Shown: positions 57,913-64,000 of the stretch, in pieces
Position numbering within the stretch: position 1 is the stretch's first letter
Layout: each line of letters opens with the position of its first letter
Source: an uncultured Pseudobdellovibrionaceae bacterium
Lineage (GTDB): Bacteria > Bdellovibrionota > Bdellovibrionia > Bdellovibrionales > UBA1609
Reading direction: 5' to 3'
DNA length: 64,000 nt
NCBI GenBank assembly: GCA_963803705.1
Contig: CAWDNU010000004.1
Coordinates: 448,001 to 512,000 of the forward strand
Made by a program: the position numbers and the translations under genes
Notes under the pieces: generated by a model
What the model was told of the DNA's origin: nothing
Seen by the model: the letters and a program-made list of their open reading frames with translations, nothing else
Database searches by the model: none

Positions 57913-59219
57913 TGTCACTTTCACCTTCTGCTTGGTTGATAAATAAAAAACATATAAGAGCCAATTTCATCTCTGGTTTCATCGTGTTCTTAATAGCTCT
58001 TCCCTTGTCTATAGGAGTCAGTATCGCTTCAGGCGCACCTGCATCTGCAGGTCTTATCGCTGCAACTGTTGGTGGAATTATCGGCTCTGCAATCAGTGGA
58101 AGCTATGTGACTATTTCTGGCCCAGCGGCTGGACTTATTGTTGTAATTTTGGAATCAATCCACACGCTTGGTAACGGGAATAATCTTTTAGGCTTCAGAC
58201 TTACGCTCGCTGCAATTGTTTTTGCTGGTTTAATTCAAGTTTTATTAGGCATGGTTAAAGCTGGGACCTTAGCGCTTCTAGTTCCGCGTAGCGTTGTGCA
58301 GGGTATGTTAAGTTCAATTGGGTTTATTATAGTGACTAAACAAATTTATATTTTAGTAGGCGCTCCTGTTGATTCAACTTCTGTCTTGGTCCAATTTTTT
58401 AAAATTCCTACAACTGCTTTACTAAATTTTAACACAGCAGCTTTAATAGTTGGAACTTTCTGTTTCATCCTACTTTTAGTCTTCAGAAAATTACCCAAGG
58501 TTAATAAATTTCTTCCAGGACCTTTAGCTGCGATATCCGTAGGTGTTATAATTTCACAGATACTTAATGGATATCCTGATTGGTTTCTACATTCTTTTAA
58601 TTTATCAATAAAATTAGAACCCCAATCTTTTCTAACTGTACCCTCAACTATAGATGGATTTTTCAATCATCCATTATTTGAAAACTTGTTAAGCTATAAT
58701 TTTTTATTTTCTGTTCTAGCTATTACATTAGTGGCTTCTATCGAATCAGTTATAAGCACCTCAGCTGTAGATGATTTAGATCCAATTCACAGAAAATCAG
58801 ACCTAAACAAAGATTTAATATCTAAAGGATTTTGTAATATGATTCTTGGGTTAATTGGTGGTATCCCCGTGATATCTGAGATAGTCCGAAGCTCCGTGAA
58901 TATCGAAAATGGCGCAACCTCTAGACTATCTAATTTTTTTCACGGCTTTTTCATTTTGATTTTTGTTTTACTAGGTTCTGATTTTCTAAATCAAATTCCT
59001 TTATCCGCATTTGCCGCAATTTTGATATATGTTGGTATAAAACTTATAAACTTCGAACAGATTAAAAAAACTTTTAATGGAAATTACAGATCGATCGTAA
59101 TATTTTGCGCAACTTCAATTACGATCTTGGCAACCGATTTGCTAATAGGAATTATATGCGGCTCTGTTCTTGGCTTCATTTTAAATCACTTCAACAACAA
59201 AAAAGTTGAAGCTATTTAA
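57912..59219 (+). CDS. SulP/SLC26 anion transporter (no STAS domain)
   Basis: Motifs 'VFLIALPL..G..IASG', 'ISGPAAGL', 'EIVRSS.N', 'IPL.A.AAIL', 'TDLLIG'. Confidence 0.9.
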   Translation: MSLSPSAWLINKKHIRANFISGFIVFLIALPLSIGVSIASGAPASAGLIAATVGGIIGSAISGSYVTISGPAAGLIVVILESIHTLGNGNNLLGFRLTLAAIVFAGLIQVLLGMVKAGTLALLVPRSVVQGMLSSIGFIIVTKQIYILVGAPVDSTSVLVQFFKIPTTALLNFNTAALIVGTFCFILLLVFRKLPKVNKFLPGPLAAISVGVIISQILNGYPDWFLHSFNLSIKLEPQSFLTVPSTIDGFFNHPLFENLLSYNFLFSVLAITLVASIESVISTSAVDDLDPIHRKSDLNKDLISKGFCNMILGLIGGIPVISEIVRSSVNIENGATSRLSNFFHGFFILIFVLLGSDFLNQIPLSAFAAILIYVGIKLINFEQIKKTFNGNYRSIVIFCATSITILATDLLIGIICGSVLGFILNHFNNKKVEAI

Positions 59220-59230
59220 AAAAATTAAAC

Positions 59231-59563
59231 CTAAAAACAAAGAGCGAAGTTGCATCGTCCATCATATACATCGTGATGCAAAGTGCATTCTTGGCCGGTA
59301 CTGGAATCAAGTAATGTCAAACTGTACGAAGAGTAGTCCGTCATATCAATTGTTGAAGGCTCACCAGCATCCACTGAATCACTTAAACTTTTAAACATTT
59401 TTCCAAATTGCACATAATCATCTTCAGGATAATCATCTCCTGTACACACCTCACCGCTAAATTGTGCCAAGGCATCTTCTATATCTTCAACGACCTGTTG
59501 ATTAGCAAAACAAAAGAAAGAGAAAAGAAGAATTAAGATCGCACTAAAAAATTTTGAAAACAT
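59231..59563 (-). CDS. Small acidic secreted protein with four Cys
   Basis: Signal peptide ending CFA, GGAG RBS, 'C.G', 'C', 'C....CF'. Confidence 0.6.
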   Translation of the reverse strand: MFSKFFSAILILLFSFFCFANQQVVEDIEDALAQFSGEVCTGDDYPEDDYVQFGKMFKSLSDSVDAGEPSTIDMTDYSSYSLTLLDSSTGQECTLHHDVYDGRCNFALCF

Positions 59564-59739
59564 AAAGGCTCCAAGTTAAAGGTTTAGGTCACTACTAGTG
59601 AATACTCTTATATCAAATTAGATTCTATGTAAAATGCAAAAAATGCCACAAAGAGCTTCAGGCCTGGCACATTGAGGTTAGAAGACTTCCAGTCATTTAA
59701 AAACTTTAACATCCCAAATAATATTCAAATTGTTAGGTT

Positions 59740-61167
59740 TTAGTTAAGAAAGCCTATCCACTTTTCAGCACTACTTTTATGGTTTTTAAAGTCCTTTGCC
59801 TTGGAAAAATATTTTATAGCTTTTGATTTTTCCTGATTAAAGAAAGAAGCTAAACCTAATCCCATAAAAGCCTGGCCCGCCTGCTTTTTAAGATTACCTT
59901 TTTTAAGTGCTTGCGAAAAAGACTTTTGGGCTTTGCTCCAACTCTCCATTTCTAAGTAGACCTGACCTAGCATCAGATCAATTTTTCCGTCTTTTGAAAA
60001 TTCGCTAGCTTTTTCATAAGCCTGGACAGCCTTGGCAAAATCTTTAGATGCAAACCAATAGCCTGCTAAGCTTTCATAGGTGCTTTTTTGTTCTTTAACT
60101 TTTTTAGCGCTGATAGCTTTCTCTAATTCCGCGGCCGCTTTGAAAGGGACTTCCGAAGCTTGAAGCAAACCCACTCTAGTTAAGATTTCAGACTCGTTTT
60201 TAACATGACCTAATTTAACAGCTAATTCGTACTGGGTAAGTGCTTCAAAGGTTTTGTTCTGTTCAAATAACACTGCTACCAAGCCCATCCAGTAACTTTT
60301 ATTGCTTTGTCTGACTTCGACTAAATTTCTAAAGTGTTTTTCTGCTATTTTAAAGCTTTTGTTTTTAGAATGTATATTAGCTGCTAAATAAATCCAGGGC
60401 TCTTGAGGTTTCTTTGTCATAGTAAGGGCTTTGTCAATTGCCTCTTGCGCTTCTTTAAAATCTTCTAGCTGAAAGTTGATTGCAGATAACATTACTAGAG
60501 GAACTGATGATTTCGGCGCTATCTCGATATATTTTAATACGTTTTTTTTTGACTCAATATAATTTTTTGACACCATTTGAATCTGCGCCAACTGAAGCAA
60601 GGCCTCGTAGCTTTCATTATAACTAAGTTCATCGAGCTCTAAGGCGTCTTTAACAAAAAGCTCGGCTAGGTCGTTTTTTTCTTGGGCAGAGTATGCTTTG
60701 CTCATCAAAACCTTGGTCTTAGCCACTTCATACCGAGTCGAACTGTTTCGTTCTACGACTCGTTTCAAAATGTTGACCGCACCTTTAAAGTTTTTAGAAG
60801 TTAAATATTGCTGAGCACGTAAGTGGCGCTTTAAGGTGGCTTCAGATAAATATTGTGACTTTCGAACTTGCCATCTTCTTTTTGTTCTTTGGCCCTCTAA
60901 CTTTAAAGTATCGATTTGTTTTGCAGATAAATTTTGAAGTAGCTTTTTTTCAATTTTTTTTGGCTTACTTGAACCGATCAGGGATTTTTTTTTAGCGTTT
61001 TTCTTTAAAGATTTATTAGCTACCAAATTTTTATTTTTGCTGTTGATCGTTGCTTTAGATTTCGGTGTCCCAAAAGATATTACAGAAAAGCCCACGGTGA
61101 CCATCCACAAAACTGCAAAGAATTTTGCCTTGCCGTTTAAACTATTTTTTTCTAGATAAATAATCAT
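59740..61167 (-). CDS. TPR protein (TtpD-like) in the TonB operon
   Basis: Multiple TPR-like helices and 'VPFKAA..LEKAI'. Lies downstream of tonB. Confidence 0.75.
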   Translation of the reverse strand: MIIYLEKNSLNGKAKFFAVLWMVTVGFSVISFGTPKSKATINSKNKNLVANKSLKKNAKKKSLIGSSKPKKIEKKLLQNLSAKQIDTLKLEGQRTKRRWQVRKSQYLSEATLKRHLRAQQYLTSKNFKGAVNILKRVVERNSSTRYEVAKTKVLMSKAYSAQEKNDLAELFVKDALELDELSYNESYEALLQLAQIQMVSKNYIESKKNVLKYIEIAPKSSVPLVMLSAINFQLEDFKEAQEAIDKALTMTKKPQEPWIYLAANIHSKNKSFKIAEKHFRNLVEVRQSNKSYWMGLVAVLFEQNKTFEALTQYELAVKLGHVKNESEILTRVGLLQASEVPFKAAAELEKAISAKKVKEQKSTYESLAGYWFASKDFAKAVQAYEKASEFSKDGKIDLMLGQVYLEMESWSKAQKSFSQALKKGNLKKQAGQAFMGLGLASFFNQEKSKAIKYFSKAKDFKNHKSSAEKWIGFLN

Positions 61168-61232
61168 AATATAGTCTCTTTAAGCATATAAATTCTGTTC
61201 TAAACTCTTTTCACGTGAAGAAATTTATTCAA

Positions 61233-61862
61233 TTAAAAACCAAGGTTAAAAATTTGCATATTTCCTTTTACGCCGATTGGCTTTCCATCGACTTTTTTAG
61301 GTCGATATCTGCTGGCATATAACGCCCTAATCACCGACTGGTCAAAAACCCTTGAGGGTTTAGACTTAACAATCCTAACATTTTCCACAAAACCTTGCTT
61401 GTTTACGTCAAAAATAGCTGTGACAGAACCAGTAATTCCTTCAATCCGAGCTCTCGTAGGTAGTTCTGGTTGAACGGCGACCATTGGGATTAGTGTGGAA
61501 TTTTCTTCGCTGGATCCATATCCATAACTACCACCACCAACGCCAGTCCCAACGCTTGAAGCATCAAATGACTGCGCAAAGGTCTGCATCTTTAAAAGTT
61601 CTTGTTTTTGGGGTTTATTGACGTTTACTTTCGGAGCGTTCGGCGCCTTGACCGGTTCTTTAGGCTTTTCTGGTTTTTGTCTGGAAATATTTTCAACATC
61701 GCGTTCTTTATAATTTCTTAGAAACTGCACATTGATATTTTTTGACTCAGGTTTTTTTAAGTTCGCATCTTGAAAAATCAAAACCCCCATAAATGTAAAC
61801 AAAGCCATCACAATTAAGGGTGCTACTAAAAAAGCGATTTGTTTAGAGTTTACTTTTTTCAT
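61233..61862 (-). CDS. tonB: Energy transducer TonB
   Basis: N-terminal TM, Pro/Lys linker, and TonB-C 'P..P.RA...GITG.V...FDV...G.V.NV', 'FD...IRAL...RYRP'. Confidence 0.9.
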   Translation of the reverse strand: MKKVNSKQIAFLVAPLIVMALFTFMGVLIFQDANLKKPESKNINVQFLRNYKERDVENISRQKPEKPKEPVKAPNAPKVNVNKPQKQELLKMQTFAQSFDASSVGTGVGGGSYGYGSSEENSTLIPMVAVQPELPTRARIEGITGSVTAIFDVNKQGFVENVRIVKSKPSRVFDQSVIRALYASRYRPKKVDGKPIGVKGNMQIFNLGF

Positions 61863-61947
61863 TGAACCTTTACCGTCTTAAAATTTAATATTAACTGTCT
61901 AGCTCAGCTTTAGCCGTGACCGGATTTAGCCTGGAGCTTTTCTTCTG

Positions 61948-62073
61948 TCTAGTTCACTCGTGCTTACAGCTCTCGCTGGAACTTTCCCTATTCTAGTTCA
62001 CTCGTGCTTACAGCTCTCGCTGGAACTTTCCCTATTCTAGTTCACTCGTGCTTACAGCTCTCGCTGGAACTTT
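61948..62073. repeat. 44-bp tandem array (about 3 units) between exbD and tonB
   Basis: TCTAGTTCACTCGTGCTTACAGCTCTCGCTGGAACTTTCCCTAT at 61948, 61992 and 62036. A divergent related unit lies at 61895-61944. Confidence 0.95.
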
Positions 62074-62076
62074 TCT

Positions 62077-62502
62077 TCAATTAGGTTTTTTCGCAGCGAT
62101 AGAAATATCTTCTATACCGGCTAGTTTCACCTGGTCCATTACTTCAATTAGTGTATTCGTTTCAGAGCCTTTGTCTGCTTGTATAACCACTCCACCATCA
62201 GGGCTTTCTGCTTTCAAACGCTCGATGTTCGAACGAACCGCTCGTATGTCAATCTGTCTATTTTGAATCCACACATCGTTAGTGGCAGAAATTGCAACAA
62301 GAATGTGGGCGTTGTCCTGGGTAGCTGCAGATTTTGCAGATGGTCTTGAAACCTCTAAACCTGACTCTTTGACGAAAGACGTTGATACAATAAAAAATAT
62401 TAGCAAAATAAAAACCACGTCCAACATGGGTGTCAAATCTACCTGTGCCTCTTCTTCGGTACTTTGGTTAAAATCAATATTTACTTTTGATCTTTTACTC
62501 AA
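62077..62502 (-). CDS. exbD: Biopolymer transport protein ExbD
   Basis: Motifs 'DLTPMLDVVFILLIFFIV', 'VIQAD', 'VMD..K.AG'. Confidence 0.93.
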   Translation of the reverse strand: MSKRSKVNIDFNQSTEEEAQVDLTPMLDVVFILLIFFIVSTSFVKESGLEVSRPSAKSAATQDNAHILVAISATNDVWIQNRQIDIRAVRSNIERLKAESPDGGVVIQADKGSETNTLIEVMDQVKLAGIEDISIAAKKPN

Positions 62503-63037
62503 CAGAGCCTCCCATGGACCACTTTGCTAAAAACTCGGTGATCAATTCGCCTTTAGCTTTCATCTGTGCCTTTATATAATTAATGAAAAACAGACCGGTT
62601 AAGGCTCCAACCATTCCTGCCATTGTAGGAATCGTGGCTTTAGAAATGCCACTAGCCATTGCCCTTGCATTTCCAGATCCGGCCACAGCCATAACGTCAA
62701 AAACAGATATCATCCCGGTGACCGTGCCAAGCAAACCAAAAAGTGGCGCTAGCATAACCATAAGCTGAATAAGTGAAATATGAGACTTCATTTTTTGCTT
62801 CAGTTGCGAAAGGTGCATTCCAACTCTTTCAGATTCCATAATATTATGGTTATTTTCTAACTGCGATAAAGTAGACTTAAACTTAGTGAAGTCCTCATTG
62901 AACTCATTTCTAAAATAGAAATATTTTTGAGTGGCATAAAACCACATAATTAAAAATTGAATAAATATCAGGGACAGAACAAAGCCGCCTTTCTCAAAAA
63001 TACTTGTAAAAGAGTCTACAAAAAAGCCAACAGGCAT
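62495..63037 (-). CDS. exbB: MotA/TolQ/ExbB proton channel
   Basis: Motifs 'APLFGLLGTVTGMI..F', 'MASGISKATIPTMAG'. Confidence 0.9.
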   Translation of the reverse strand: MPVGFFVDSFTSIFEKGGFVLSLIFIQFLIMWFYATQKYFYFRNEFNEDFTKFKSTLSQLENNHNIMESERVGMHLSQLKQKMKSHISLIQLMVMLAPLFGLLGTVTGMISVFDVMAVAGSGNARAMASGISKATIPTMAGMVGALTGLFFINYIKAQMKAKGELITEFLAKWSMGGSVE

Positions 63038-64000
63038 TAAGAGTTACCCTTGTTTTTCTTTAATTCGACTTCAGCCATCATCCCAGCAAGTTGTTCATTT
63101 AGAAACACTAAAATTTTCTGGTATTTAGTGTTTACGTGATTGTAAATCACCAGCAAAGGAATGGCACAGACCAAGCCCAGCACAGTTGTAACCAGAGCTT
63201 GCGAAATACCACCGGCCATTAATTTAGGGTCTCCAGATCCAAACATTGTTATAGACTGAAAAGTCAAAATCATACCTGTGACAGTTCCAAGCAGTCCTAA
63301 AAGCGGAGCAACACCTGCAAACGTCTTGATTGTGCTTAAGCCACGCTCTAACTTTGGTTTTTCATGCAACACGACTTCTGAAAGTTTTAAAGATAATGCA
63401 TCTGATTCTGAGTCATATTTGTACTTTTGAAAGACTTCGATTAGCGCGGCCAGAGGATTGCCTTGTATTGGTTTGTCCATATTTTTAAGTTGTAGTTTCA
63501 TCTGTCTTTCTAGTCTGGCGTAGTAGATCAATCTTTCTAGAGCAAGTCCAAAGCCAGCAATCAATAAAACAAAAATCACATATCCGACAAGGCCACCTTG
63601 ATGAAAGCGCTCCATAACTGTTGGAGCTTGAATTAAAGTTTCAAGTAAGGCCCCTTTCGAAGGATCGATGCTTACAACAGATAAAGTTCCAGCGCTAGCA
63701 GCAGTAAAATCATCTAAGTTTTTTGTAAAGGTCCTAGATGGTTGTCTAGGATAGACCTGCAAAGTTTTAGACTTATTATCAAAACTCAAAAATTTGTTAC
63801 CAGTAAACGTGTTGAAAGCTCCGACTCTGGTTACAACTTTATTTTCTTTAATGCCTTTTTCATTCATCACTTTAGTTTGAAAATTCGGAGTCTGGCTTTG
63901 CAAGGTCATTTCTTGCTGCAACAGAAACCAAAAATTTTCAAGCTCTGCATACTCGGGTAAACGTTTTGTTTGAGCAAGTTTTTGAATATCCTTAAAGCGC
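63037..64000 (-). CDS. Long MotA/TolQ/ExbB-family protein (TtpC-like), 5' partial
   Basis: Frame is open to the window edge (RFKDIQ...LPEYAELENFWFLLQQEM). Motifs 'VTRVGAFN', 'IDPSKG.LL', 'APLLGLLGTVTGMI', 'GDPKLMAGGISQALVTT'. Confidence 0.85.
   Translation of the reverse strand, partial: RFKDIQKLAQTKRLPEYAELENFWFLLQQEMTLQSQTPNFQTKVMNEKGIKENKVVTRVGAFNTFTGNKFLSFDNKSKTLQVYPRQPSRTFTKNLDDFTAASAGTLSVVSIDPSKGALLETLIQAPTVMERFHQGGLVGYVIFVLLIAGFGLALERLIYYARLERQMKLQLKNMDKPIQGNPLAALIEVFQKYKYDSESDALSLKLSEVVLHEKPKLERGLSTIKTFAGVAPLLGLLGTVTGMILTFQSITMFGSGDPKLMAGGISQALVTTVLGLVCAIPLLVIYNHVNTKYQKILVFLNEQLAGMMAEVELKKNKGNS

Noticed and set aside
1..64000. tRNA, rRNA, integrase, transposase and defence genes, and the short antisense ORFs within long genes
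   Set aside because: None were recognisable by eye (tRNAscan-SE or Infernal would be decisive). The short overlapping ORFs are shadows of well-supported genes.

Overview
AT-rich bacterial chromosomal segment, most consistent with a predatory Bdellovibrionota genome (type IVa pilin beside dnaJ/dnaK and clpS-clpA-htpX, two TPR-lytic transglycosylases, VWA lipoprotein, many secreted orphans). This taxonomic call is inference, not a search result. Gene content in order: Fur (partial), mscS, a RimK-like Zn-protease/7TM-transglutaminase/ATP-grasp operon, a carotenoid cluster (crtE, ABC-2 pair, CrtG-like hydroxylase, crtI, crtB, fused lycopene cyclase, crtZ), dnaK/dnaJ, pilA, clpSA, htpX, peptidoglycan enzymes, a sigma54-type subtilase, lnt, mutS2, oppABC, a small accessory island, a TonB-dependent receptor, glpK, SulP and a ttpC-exbB-exbD-tonB-TPR operon. 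I found no rRNA, tRNA, CRISPR array, transposase or integrase. The most unusual signal is non-coding. Four long inverted-repeat elements have 43-94 bp near-perfect arms, unique to each locus, around GC-richer structured cores. Three of them have an outer edge running into the stop codon of the neighbouring gene, and two share a conserved core (GCTCARTCATAC...GAGCTCG). There are also three tandem arrays of short GC-rich units (36, 38 and 44 bp, one translated in frame), a family of post-stop-codon elements, and a MITE with terminal inverted repeats (TIRs) and a target-site duplication (TSD). A ~3 kb zone centred on pilA carries about ten frameshifts across five genes and is probably an assembly artefact.
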